In this document: positions 1 to 12,224 of the stretch, one piece after another
Position numbering within the stretch: position 1 is the stretch's first letter
Layout: each line of letters opens with the position of its first letter
Origin: Gonapodya sp. JEL0774
Lineage: Eukaryota
Length of the DNA stretch: 59,964 bases
Reading direction: 5' to 3'
NCBI GenBank assembly: GCA_027604505.1
Contig: JADIIX010000138.1
Coordinates: 1 to 59,964, forward strand
The notes under the pieces: model-generated
What the model was told of the DNA's origin: nothing
Databases searched by the model: none
What the model saw: the letters and a program-made list of their open reading frames with translations, nothing else
Made by a program: the position numbers and the translations under genes

Positions 1-75
1 GAACCGGCACATATGTACCGCAGAATTCATTCGCTTCCGGCAGATTCTGCCGGTCGCTGACACTCGGGCACTCAC

Positions 76-761
76 CTCCGACTTTGAGGCGAAGTTGTCG
101 GGGTGGACAGCCTGCTGGAGTTTGAGGAAGAGGGCGCGGAGTTTGCGAAGGTCGATGTCGAAGGAAACGTGACTGGAATGAGAGAGAGTGGGATGGGTAG
201 GTATGGGGGGGAGGGAGGGGATGTTGGATTGAGAGGTGAATTGAGGGGGTGAGAGATGGGAAGGGCACTGATTTGAAGGGGGCAAGGGGGAGAAGAGAAT
301 AGAGCTCACCCGTTGTTGAGGACGTCAAAGTAGTTGGAAGAAGGGTTTATGGGTTGAACAGCAGAGCAAGAAGAGTTTTGACATACAACAGCAGCAGGAG
401 GAGTTGGAGATGCGCAGGACCAGCAGAGGGAGGAGTGAGAGGGAGGAGTGGAGAGAGAAGAGAGAGAAGAGCGTGAGAAGGAGAAGAGGGGAGAGTGTGG
501 AGGGAAGATGGGAAGAGAGTGGGGATGAGTTTGGTGTAAGAGGGAGGGGAACGATGGATTGAAAGAAGCGAAGCAGGAGTGATTGAGAGTGCGGAGAGTG
601 CGGAGTGTTGAGTGCGATGGGACCGAGTGAGCGCAAGTGCCGGACGAGCCATAATGTGCATGACGTGGTCCAGCTTCAAGACCGCCCACACTTTGCGCCC
701 TGCATGTGGTGGCCCAGGTCATCCCACCCATCGTAGACCGCACTCTGTGTGTGCCCGTCAT
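76..761 (-). CDS. JAC1: Fe-S cluster co-chaperone HscB/Hsc20/Jac1 (J-domain protein), 5' part; gene runs off the window start
   Basis: Exons 761-310 and 172-76 (phase-2 GT-AG intron) splice to ...CWSCASPTPPAAVVCQNSSCSAVQPINPSSNYFDVLNNGHVSFDIDLRKLRALFLKLQQAVHPDNFASKSE: NYF..F.ID..L....LQ..VHPD J-domain pattern of HscB. A further donor lies at 75. Start codon uncertain. Confidence 0.85.
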
Positions 762-1225
762 GAGCGTTCCTGCCCTGCTTATCCCCTGCCCCGATGAGTT
801 GCTGTTGTCTACCGGTGTTCGGGCGGGGATCGAGCCGTGTCGGCTTCTGGAGCTCTGGTCAGGGCGACCACAGTCATTTTCATCCAGGAGCAGCGTGCCT
901 GACTTTCAAGACCAACCGTGTCTCGTTCCTATCGTGTCCAGTTGTTTTCGTCCGTGTTGATTTTTTTGAATCCTTGTCGTGATTGCCTTCCTCACTCACT
1001 CACACCAACACAGAATTTCGTCAAAAGGTTCACCAACCAATTTATTTCATGTATGGAATCCATTCCTATTCGTTCCCGTAGTTTGTGAGTAATAAATTTA
1101 TCTGAGTGATACCGGCGGGAGTCTCGGAGGAAGAGAAACGGGATAGGAAGGATCCGGATATCTCGAATGCAAATCATTTTTTGGTGCAAACAATTCACAT
1201 GTCTTTTCACCAACAGACCAATATT

Positions 1226-3488
1226 CTAACAAACTCTGGGGAAATGTTTCTGCTCCTTGAGGTTCTCCCCTACCTTCTTGACCAACGTCTGCCACTTCTT
1301 TCCCACCTCAGTCTTCTTCGCCACGCTGCGGGATATTTTAGCCTGCTCAATCAATTCCTCCGCGACTTCCATCACGTTGCGGAAGAGGAGGTCCATGAGA
1401 TCGAAGCTTGCGGATTCACGAACCACGACGCGGAGGATGGTTTTGGTTAGCGGTTGCGGAAGCGGGTAGGCTGGGACGATCCAGCCAAACTAGGAATGCG
1501 GATCGCGTCAGGTTCAACGTCAAAGTGATACGGGCAGAACCGTATTAATGGCACAATCTCACTCTTCGCAGGTCGTGCTCGAGTTCGTACTCGGTCAGAG
1601 TCGACAGTTCCTGTTTCAGTTCGGGCGAGAATCCAAATGCGACCACCGGGAGTCCCTCTTTACCACGGTGGATGTCACTGTACACGCGGAAGATGCCCGA
1701 GCGCTCCAGGCCGAGTGATAGGATTTGAGCGACTTCCAGGCACCCGGACATGATGGACTATGTTTTGTTTTCGAGGAGGTAGGGTCGGTGTTCGAGTGTG
1801 TGAACAGCGACCGACGAGATGGGAGGTTCGACTACGTACCTTGTATCCCGATGTGCCGAGACGGACAAACTGGTAGTACTGGAGAACGACGTTTGAAGCG
1901 TTCCGGGAAAAGTTGAGCGTGAACGAGGAGACGTTGCCGCCCACTACAGAGAACACAAACATGTGTGCGGAAAAATTGCACAGCAAAGCTCAACCAATAA
2001 GACTTCGCCTCTTCTGACGTACGGTAAGCCATGTTGAAGATGAGCTCGTTGGGTAGGTACGACCGGTCTCGCCACACGATCCAACCCAACCCAGGCAAGA
2101 CCAGACCATACTTGTGCCCTGACGTGTTGATCGATACTACGCTGAAAAGATTAGACAATTGGCAGAAATTTGACAATGTTTCGATTGCGTTTGTTGGTCA
2201 ATCAGAAGGTAATAATACCCACCGATTAACCCGGAAATCCCACTCGAGGTCGGGAAAGATGAATGGCGCAACCATGCCTCCACTGGCCCCTGGTGGCAAG
2301 AACAAGAGCAAGGTTAAGCTGGAATCTTTGACTCTTCAAATGATCCAGTTCCCCACCATCAACGTGAATCGGAACATCAAGCCCCTTTTCCTCCTGCAGC
2401 TTGTCAAGAAGTTGGCTCACTGTGGTGGCCAGGTCAGGTCACGAACGAGATCGCGGTACAGAGTTACGTGCTGTACGTACTCAGCTTCACGTTCTCAAAA
2501 TGGCCCGTGTAGGTGCTCCCAAGTATCATAATGATGCCGATTGTGTTCTCATCAACCAACTTGATGGCCTCATGTGGGTCGTTGCAGAAGTGAGACTCCT
2601 CGGAAACGTCGACGTACCGGGCTTCAACGTCAAAATAGGTGGCGAACTTTTCGAGAGCACTTTGGCAGTTGTGCTGGGAAGAATCAGCGCCGTTACTCGT
2701 CTGCAGAGTACGTATGAATTTGCTGACGGAAGATCATCACTCACCCCAAAAACTACATTGGGGGAGTCTGTGGGTTTCCCCAATTTCTTGCGAGCGTTCC
2801 TCCACCGAAACTTCATGCTCATACCCCCGAGCATGATTGCCTCCGAGGAACCAATGGTCGCAGTTCCAACGGGGTCAAGGTCAGCAGGGGCGTTCCACAG
2901 GTTGGCTAATATCTTTGCACATCTGTTTTGAAGCTCAATAGTTTGCGGATACTCTTCCTACAATCAAGAAGATTGTATCGCATCAATAAGAGGAAAATTT
3001 CAAATACAAGGGGAAATCTCCCATCTCATCAATACGTGCAGTCGCTGAAGCACAGATCAGCTCACCCCATCTGCAAGATTCTTATTCAACGTTTCTTGGT
3101 AGAGCGCGATAGCTTCCGGCTCCATGTGGGTTGTAACAAAACTTGCGAGGTCTGTGAAGGTGGTCAAAGAAGGGAATTGAAATACCAGGCCTCGAGTCCA
3201 CGTACTCAGAGTGGGATTTCCGTCCAAAACAAGTTCATCGTGCACGAGTCGGTATGCGGCTGATGGATTCATGCCCTGTTCCGTCCTTTTTCCGCGGAAG
3301 CGTGGCTCAAAGCTGTGAATTTAAAAGGGAGAAAGGTACAGAAACGAGCCTTACATCGCTGTTTTGGGGACTTGTTGTTGGGTGATTCTTGATGTTGGGA
3401 CGGAGCCATCTGAGTGATCCAATCCCGCAGCTGCTCGAAGGCCAAGTAGGAAGCCTTGATTTCCCTTTTTGTTCGCGGCGGCCATCAT
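1226..3488 (-). CDS. GAD1: Glutamate decarboxylase (PLP-dependent), multi-exon
   Basis: Exon fragments [70 protein letters not shown] (PLP lysine), FTLNFSR, LRVVVRE; ends ...KHFPRVC*. Start ATG 3488 inferred. Confidence 0.93.
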
Positions 3489-3883
3489 TGCTGCTTGGAG
3501 ATCTTTTCCAAAACTTCCAGTCGATGTGGATGGAGGGATGTGTATTTGTGCGGTAATATGCAGTCCGTGTGCCAAGACGGAAGGACCCAGTCAAAAAGGT
3601 ATCCAACCACCTCATCAGCCAAGATGAAGCACTCCACCACCAACCAGAGAGCACCAGCGCCGCCAAAAGGCAAGAATGTGAAGAAAAAAGGAGTTGGACT
3701 TGGCACGACTGCATTGTATGACCGACATAACACTGTGTGGCCAAACACGACTGGATTTAATACCCCCTTTTTACAATAGAGGGAGCAAGAGAGCTCAGGA
3801 GAGAAAAAATGGGAAAAGGGGCTTCGGTGGTGCGGGGGCGGGGGAGGGGGAAGGAGGGGGGCGGGACACCATCCACAAAGAAG

Positions 3884-5052
3884 ATGTTTGACCCCAAATT
3901 GGCACGCATTCTGGAAGGAAAGCGTGTTCTTATTACCGGATGCTCATCTGTCAGTAATCCCTCCCTGTGAGTGATCCCCCCCCTTCCCTTTCTACTGCTT
4001 ACTTCCGCCAATAATTTCCATCTAGGGCATCGGTCGCGAACTCGTGAGGTTCTACGTCATCCACGGAGCCATCGTTTGCATCACATCTCCCGATTGGGAA
4101 ATGGCTGGCTTAGAAGAATCGCGAACAATCGCCATCGAATCACGGAAGCTGCTGAACCAAGGCCGGAGAAACGGAGGAAACGCTCAAGAATCAGTCTTTG
4201 ACCAAGAATCAGTCGTCATCTGTCATGCGTACGATGCTTCGGAAGAGGGGGCTTCTCGACGCTTGATTAGTACAGCGGTTTCTGTGCTCGGAGGGCTGGA
4301 CGTTGTCGTGCTGAATCATGGAATGACTACAACATTTCGAGTTATTGGATCTGGTCCAGAGAAGAGCATGGCGGCTGTGGAGAAGGTTGCCAAAGTCAAC
4401 TTCTTGTCAGTTGTAGAAGCTGCGTTGTTCGCGCTCCCCCACTTGCAAAGCTCAGCGGATAGTCGAGCAAAAACAGGAAAAGAAGGACTAAAAGGAACCG
4501 CTTTGAAACACTGGGTGGCAAGCCGGCTTGTGGCAATATCAAGCTTTTCCGCGAAAATCCCGAGCATCAAGGTGAATGCGTATGCAGCGGCGAAGGCTGC
4601 AATGACTCATTACTTCGCAAATTTGCGACTAGAACTCGACCATCATCGTGAGTCAGAATTTTGCGCGTTTGAAACTGACGTTAATCTAGTAACCCTCAAT
4701 GTGACGTCAACCAGCCAAGTACAAGAACCTTGTAACCCTCACTGTCCCCCTTCTTGGGCCTGTCTCAACCGCAACGTATCTTGGTGCAGTTGCAAAGGAC
4801 CACCCTACTCTGCTCAAATTCCCCGGCCTTCTAAAGCACCTAAGCCCGGCCAAAGCCGCTGAGCTAATTGTCATAACTGCAAGTAAAGGACTTAGAGAAC
4901 CCGCTCTTGGTACTCCCCGGATTGTGGTTCCAATTTGGGGGGCCGGCGGTTTTCTTTCCAGCGCATTGGAATGGGTTCTGATCCAGGTTCACGGAGGCTT
5001 TGAAGGAAGCGTCGCACCTTCGAAAGAAGAAGCGGCGAGGGGGGAGGATTGA
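3884..5052 (+). CDS. Short-chain dehydrogenase/reductase (11beta-HSD/DHRS7-like)
   Basis: MFDPKLARILEGKRVLITGCSS|GIGRE gives TGxxxGIG across intron 3950-4025; also LDVVVLNHG, VNF, catalytic S and YAAAK; second intron about 4648-4714; TGA at 5050-5052. Confidence 0.88.
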
Positions 5053-6264
5053 TATTTGTGCAGGCATAGAGTCACGTGGGAATTGTTCTGTATCTGATAA
5101 AGGCAGCTGTTAATACTGCTGTGTTTCCCGAACAAGCACAGTTGAGCCCCACAGTTACATAAATTTGAAGTTTCGAAACCATCCTTCACGCCCCCTCTCT
5201 TTCATCGCTACTCAACCGCGAAGAACGGCAGCCAGCTTATTCACCGCGGAAAAACGTGAGCGTCAGCGTGGAGCTTTCCGGTTCAAAGGGGTTGACCGGC
5301 TCCGCTCCGAGGGCGGGAGCCAGCTGGCCTCCGGCACGTTGTTCCCAAACTTTGGGATTTTTGAAGATCTTTTTGGTGCTTCCGAACTTCTGAACGCTTC
5401 CGGAAGAAGTCCTTTGCATGTCAAGAGCCTGGGACACAGTCCGGGTTCGATTGGTGCTGAGATTCGACAACATAATGAAGTGCCCAGCTAAAATATTGAG
5501 AGATAATGGCGAGAAGATGGAAAACGAATCCAGAATGGGGTTGAAGCTGCGAACGGTGTCGGGCTCACCGTCGCCGCAGGAACTGAGGGACCTTCGTCAC
5601 CTGATTGAATGCAAGCACCATGACTGAAAGTTACCTTTCAATGATCGCAGGTGCTTCCTTTCTCTATTTCGTATGGTTTTCACGCCTCAACCTGGGAAAC
5701 GTGACCCTGCCCTCTTCCGGCACCATTCGAATCCGCTCACTCGCCCGGTATTGACCTGTTTCGGAAACCACCTGCCTATCTGCAAAAGCTCGGTGAATCT
5801 CGCCATTAGAAAATTTTGAAGAGCTTTGGTGCCTCCTTGGATCCGGAAATAGACGGTATTCCCAGCACATAGACAAGAAAATTACCCCCGCTCTTTCAGC
5901 ACACAAACGGGAGCAAAATTACACGTCTGGCCTCCTCACTCACTTCAAGACACCATAAATGTATACACATCCCGCATTTGAGAGCCATATCCTATCCCAG
6001 CCCGCGAAAAAGCATCAAGAGAACCACCACCTTCCAACTTCACGGTCTTTCCCACTTCAGTACTTTCGTAATTTAGGATCACCAGATTTTGTCGACCTCG
6101 GTCAAGAACCTGTTTCGGGTGTTCCATCAGTCTTCTCTAGATCGTTTGTCGGTTCGGGGATTCCAAGTCCTCTTATTCCTAACTTAATCTCGCAACTTGT
6201 TTCATTTCCCAGTGGATTTGCTGCATTCTCTCCAATTCCTTTCTCATTTCCTCTATTAATCGAG

Positions 6265-9200
6265 ATGGATTTGCATTCCGCACGTGCACCACCTCCCGAG
6301 ATTCTCGTCGCTCCGTCTTCCGTCCGAATGGCATTGGGTGGAACAATGTACGAGCCGAACGTGAGTTGGGGCGGTGAAGTGGAGTATCTGAGGGCGGCAT
6401 GGAGTCAGGAATCACGTGTGGGGCGTGTTTTTCTGGCATCAGACGCGATCAAATCGCTTGAGAAGGAGCACTTTCATGCCTGGGTTGCCAGAAACTCAAA
6501 GGATTTTACACCTAATTCACCCTCTTGTCCATTTTAGCGACTCATCTCTCCTGTTGAAGAAGCCTTCTGTCCTCCGGATCTCGTGCTGCCAGAAGTGTCG
6601 ACGTCCGACTACGTACCCGCAATAATACATCAAGTACCGGCCGCCCTTCCCACAAGGTCATCTCCTGTGTTAGGTGAAGACTTGCCGGCAAGCTTAACCG
6701 GTCTACATATTACCCCTCGGTCGTTGCCGATCCCCGTGTCCACAATCGCAGTTGATGTGACCGCTACAGAGCTCGTTTCGGCTTTGTTTCAAACACCACG
6801 GTCACATGCTAGTTTCTTTTCTGACGATGACGAGCCTCTGGCGTTCTCTGCTCGCCCACGTGGCCCATCATCTTCCGTTCCGAACAACAGTGTTCACAAT
6901 GGGGGCATTAGCACGAGCTATGACTTTCGTGCCCGCTCTGCTGATCACCTCGCGAAAACCATTACTTTCGCGTTACGTTCACGAGGTATTCCTGCGCACG
7001 TCCTCGAAGTTGGAAGCTCCGGAGTGGAGGGCGGGCTGGAGTTAGATGAGGATGTGGAGGTGGAAGTTGGGGTCGGATTGGCGGACGACACTGCCTGGGA
7101 TGTTGATCAGTTAATGGCTGTTTCAAGAAATGCAAGAGCCAAGAAGAAGCAGAGGTTTGCGAGATATCTGGAGGAAAGAGATGCAGTGGATGATGTTGAT
7201 GCCACGGAGGACTTAGGTGATTTGGTGCGAAAAGGTTGGAATGATTTCGACGGCGTTGATGTGGAACTGGCATCGAGGTGGAGTGCGGATGAGCAAGATG
7301 CCAAAGGGAACCCAAGCCTTGGCCACCACTCGGGTCACGGGAGTTCGGAAGATGAAAGTGAGCAGTCCGATGTGCTGTCCGAATACAGTGAGTCTGAGAG
7401 TGGAGAGGAAGAGGAAAACGAAGACGACGTTACAACGAGTAACTTGGAGGAAAGCAAGGAGGAAGAAAGTGAAAGCGATATCGATGAATCTGAAAGCACC
7501 TCAGAGATAGACAGCGATTCGAGAGAGGATACCACGGATGAGGAGAGCCATCATCAAAACGAACATTCATTCCATGACCCATCTGGCGCCGGGACGGCAG
7601 GTGCGCATCCTGCGTTTAAGAGCAGATTCGAGCTTTCTTCGCAACCAGGAGATTCGCCCCCTTCTTCTCCGCCTCCTTTTCGAAGTTCGCCACAAAAGTC
7701 CGTTGTTGTTGTGCAACGCGGAAGCCAAATAGAATCCTCCTCACCGGTTATCATGGTACGCAGACAAAGTCGGCCTCTCTCTTCGGAAGAACATGATTCA
7801 TCGCTTGCAATTACGCCGAAGGCGCGGCTGGGCCCTGAACGTCGAATATATTCTAGGGGTGTGCAGAGTACTTCACGGACCTCTTCACCCGATGCAACGG
7901 GCACAATTGGTGGTAGGCAACGGGACCATGCAATTTCAAACGTTGGGAACTCTATTTCGACCGAGGGAACAGAGTCAACAGACGAAGAGGACTCGGGAGA
8001 CTTTGAAAGCGAGGACTCGGAAGAGGGAAGTGACGACGATGGAGACAGTGAGGAAGATTATTCTTCTGGAGACTCATCCGAAACTGACGATGAAGATACT
8101 GAGGACGATGGAACTGAAGTAGAAACAGGGGACGAGGATGACGAGGACGACGAGGAAGACAATGATGTTCCGAACTCTGAACTAGCGGTCCCAAACCCTG
8201 CCAATGCGGTTCAGGAGGCTCTAACTAATTCAGCAGCTGTAGGCAATGGGATTGAGCACCACAACTCTCCTGGTAATACGGAGCTACAGATTTCTCACGG
8301 GCCGAAAGAACGAGCGAATCGCGTTAATGGAGACCCACAACATCCGTCAACGTCTGGCGTTCTTCTCCAACATGGCCCAAAGCCTGCTCGGGTGGTAATC
8401 AGAGGGTTCCCGTCGACGACTTCTGTGGCATCCATGCACAAATCCACTTCGTCTGGCGCTGCAGCGAATGGTGGAAACGGTAAACAAGCGGATCCCAATC
8501 CCTCCACTTCTGCGGGTGGTCCGTTACCCAATCGCACGAATCCGGGTCCGCCTCTTTTCGGTGAATCTTCCATGAATAAACTACGTTCAGGCTCGGATCT
8601 ATACTGCCCTTCCATGGGAACATTATCCCATGATTTGACGATTGAAGTTGCTGGGCCGCTTCGATATTTCCCAAAACCTTCGGACAGTTCTTCTGTTCTG
8701 GTGTTTCAGAATCGCGCGGGAACCGCAGTGAATGGGGAGCGAAAGGAACGGGCTGCCAATGAGATGTTTCAAGCCGACATATCACTGAAAAGAGGACAAA
8801 GAGTAGGAGTGGGAGTTTCGTCGGCGACTACACGGAGGGTAGGAGTTGGGGGAGTTGCAGGAGGGATCATTGAAGCACCAGACCCCCGACAAACTTCCAC
8901 TGGAGCGTTGGGGCAACCGTTGCTTCCAAGGACGAATTCGAGGCAAGGTGTCATATCTGTGGGTTTGCATGGGGGAGTCGCAGTGCAACAACCGCAGCCA
9001 GAGTGGCCAGTTTCACGAGGACCTAGCGTGCGAGCTGCCGGGCACACTCAAGTTCGCGCTTCAGGAATTCTTCCCGAACGTGTACCCACTTTGGCGAACT
9101 ACGAAATTGATGAAGGCATTTCTCGTGAAAATGATGTGCGGCAAAGGGTTCCACCAGCTCGCAGCATTGCCATTTCGGGCAGATCAGCGACACACCAGGG

Positions 9201-10052
9201 GCCACTTGAGGCCATGGTGGGAAATGTGATCAATGGTCAGGCAACACAGTTCTCGCAAGGCAATCCTGCGGCCGACGGGCCGGCATTTGATTGTGGTCAC
9301 AACAGCATTAATGATCCCCTCTTTAATTCCTTGGGGCGGAGAGTGGCTCGAGTAAGGGCTGGACTGTATGCGTCTGGTGCCAGCGTAGTTGTGGTTTCAG
9401 GAACCACATTTGGGTTTCCAGTCACCACTGGAGGACCACATCCCTGGAGTATAAGCTTCAGCAATTCCATTTCAGGAACGGTCTACGGAACGTCCGTGGG
9501 CTCATCGTCAACCAGCAATGATCTCCAAGTTTCCCGTAGACCAAGTTCTGTCGCTGGTACCTCTACGTCGTCAAGGAACGATACTGACGATAAAACGGAA
9601 ATGCCGGAGGATGAATCGTTTGACGGTACGGCAGAGTCTGTTGAAGGGAAAGCGCGGACCTTGCACGTCCCTGACCTTTACGCCGAGCCGTCCAGGAAGC
9701 ATTGGAAGGTACGAAATAAATGTCGTTTAAGGAAATATTGGGCGTCTTGGTTTGACCTTCTCTTGGATGCCTTGCTAGGCCGATCGTGACGTTTCTCAAT
9801 GCGGAATTTGTGAAAAACCTTTTTCTTTGTTGCTTCGGCGACATCACTGCAGAATGTGAGCATTGTTTAATTGTACCTTTGCATCGCATCTGACCGACGT
9901 ATTGTTTCGGCAGTTGTGGTGATATATTCTGTGACAGCTGTTCCCGGTGGAGGGAAAGACTCCGACAAGACTGCCAACCGGACCCGTTTGGTGTGCTCTC
10001 GAGAGTGTGCGGTCACTGTCGAATAGAGATTGAAGAATCGAGGAAGCGTTGA
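6265..10052 (+). CDS. Large, mostly disordered acidic/Ser-rich protein with a C-terminal FYVE zinc finger
   Basis: Exons 6265-6483, 6538-9708, 9779-9855, 9914-10052. The last exons give HWKADRDVSQCGICEKPFSLLLRRHHCRICGDIFCDSCS...SRVCGHC, with WxxD, RRHHCR, RVC and 8 Cys. Confidence 0.88.
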
Positions 10053-10208
10053 AGAGCAATTCGAACGACAAACTGATGAGCATCTGAACCACCTGGGCAA
10101 GTTTTGAACCATTATGACCGATTTGAACCGTATGAGATGTGGATATGTGTGTGTCCAAGATTCCCGCTATGTACAGAGAGATTATACTTGACCGGCATAC
10201 ATTAGATT

Positions 10209-12077
10209 TCAATTTAATTTCTTTTCTACTGGTTGCACCCCCATTACATGCAAATAACTGACATGACCAGAGAACGCGTCCACAAAGCCCGACTTCAGTT
10301 CAGAGCCGCAGTCAGTATAAAAAATATCTAAGAATAAGTGGGGAAGGACAGGAAATTACCTTCATGTTGTACTTCAAGCCAAACTCTTTGCATGTGGCCA
10401 TAATGATGGGAGCAATCTCAGGGTAGTAGAGCTGGTTGACGCCCGGTAGCAAATGGTGAGCAGTTTGATAATTGAGCGCCCCACTTTAGTGGAGAGCAAC
10501 AGATTAGCAGAGACAGATCAGGTCACATTTGTGCGGGGGAAAGAGTTCGGAGAAATGAGTTCCAACTCACGTGAACAGTGTCCAAAATGTCGAATCGTGT
10601 GCATAATCCATTGCAGTTGCAACTTGCAGGGTCGCCCAGTCCTTGTCCATGGTGCCGTCCGCGTTGGGTGTAGGCCACGCCACATCTGATCGGAAGAGAG
10701 GACGAAAAGGAGGAGGAGGAGGATCGGTCTCGGAGTCGTGAGTTGTCGCCCTTGAGCGACGCCAATGTGGACTCACCTCCTGTATCGTGATTCACAGAAA
10801 ACAGATAGGCGAGATAATATGAAGCGACAATATCGGAGATGAAAATAAGGGGAATCGCCTTCACGCCGAGAAACTGTACGGGCAAGAGCCAACGATGGTA
10901 GGCGTAGACAATCTTCCCTCCCCAGAAAATGAGTGTGTCCAAAGTCCCCATTCCGTTGATGCGGATCGGACCACTCTTTTTGCTCCGATACACTTCTATA
11001 AAGTCGGTGACACGACTCATGGTTGCCATGACACCGTAGAGTGGAAGGAGTAGCAGTTCTTGGCCCTTGTGGGTAGGCTCCCACGGCTGAGACGGGGACA
11101 AGCGCCGGATGGGCATGGGACTGACGTCGGGGTCCGCTCCGTAAATGTTTGTGTACAGGTGCTGTATGCGGTGGAGTTGCGAATCGTGAGATGAGGGAAT
11201 GCAGGGGAGCAAAGGTGGGTAAGAAGCACCCGGGAACAACTCACGTGGCCCAGCGTGTGCTGGAAAGTCCAAACGTAGTGGGACACACCTGTGAAACTGT
11301 CGTAGAGTGCACCGCAGAGCTTCCACACCCATGGTTTCGAAGTGATGGCGAAGTGAGATGCGTCGTGAAGTATTGTGAGACCGATCTGCGCTTGTGCCAT
11401 TCCGGTAGCAGCCCCAACAATCACTCGTCCCCAGAAAGGTAAAGAAGCTTTGTAAGTCAAGTTCCATCCCAGAATACACATAAGAAGAATGAGAGTGTAT
11501 CGAGGAATCGCCAAGGGATGTACTCGAGGGTCACGACCGGTTTTCTTGAAATAGTCATCAACGCGGCCCTTGAGTGTCAACCAAAAGTTTGATGGAGTAG
11601 GGTACGTTGGAAGTTCGTTGGTTACCAGTTTGCCGACAACAAATTTCCTTTTGGCGAAGATTGAGTGTTTCAGTCTCTCTTCTGGGCCCTCCACCCCTTC
11701 ACACAGAGACGCCCGCACTTTAGAATCAGCTTCTTGTCTTCACCATGATATGTTTCGAAGAGCTGTGTTGCGTCCCTGCCTGCGCAGGCAAGAAGCTTGA
11801 AGTGGTTTGGGGGGAATCATGAGAGTTGCAGACCGAACGCATCCAAATCTCCTCACTCACAATGTCCTTTCCCCCTTCGGAGAAAGAAGAAAGAAGGAAT
11901 CAAGTTCAAGGTCTTTCCTGCTGCCGTTCGATCGCGAAAGTTTCTTCAGAAAGAGATACCTGGATGTCGCCGGGCAAAATGCGTCAAATCAAACACTTGT
12001 CCGCGTACGCCGACCCAGAGGGAGTCGGCGGTGTTGTGGCATGCAAGTTCCTGCCAGGTGTATGAGGGGTACTGCAT
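10209..12077 (-). CDS. Front-end fatty acid desaturase with N-terminal cytochrome b5 domain, delta-5 type
   Basis: MQYPSYTWQELACHNTADSLWVGVRGQVFDLTHFARRHPG|GKDI|LLACAGRDATQLFETYH (HPGG heme motif); His boxes HDASH, QHTLGH|HLYTNIYGADPDV and QTAHHLLP; closely resembles Mortierella alpina delta-5 desaturase as remembered; ends ...VEKKLN*. Confidence 0.92.
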
Positions 12078-12224
12078 TGCAGTATTTTGAATCACGTTAT
12101 GGCGGGTTGCGGGTCGGAGTGCCTCGCTCCGCAGTGTCTGCCTCCTTCGTGCTCAAGTAGTCGGCGGCAACCTCACCAAAAATAACACCAACAAACTAAC
12201 TCGCAGTCCACTTGCTTCCATCTG
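12078..12224. promoter_or_regulatory. Very short divergent intergenic region, putative shared bidirectional promoter of desaturase and elongase
   Basis: 147 bp between desaturase ATG (12077, minus) and elongase ATG (12225, plus). Confidence 0.55.

Noticed and set aside
180..620. Purine-rich GA repeat-like tract
   Set aside because: Explained by a pyrimidine-rich intron and the Ser/Pro/Leu-rich N-terminus of the minus-strand HscB gene; not a satellite or mobile element.
5100..6130. Possible small minus-strand gene (ORFs 5237-5473, 5945-6127; splice-like sites near 5488, 5568, 5592, 5634)
   Set aside because: No consistent spliced frame or recognisable motif could be assembled; it may be real but is unsupported.
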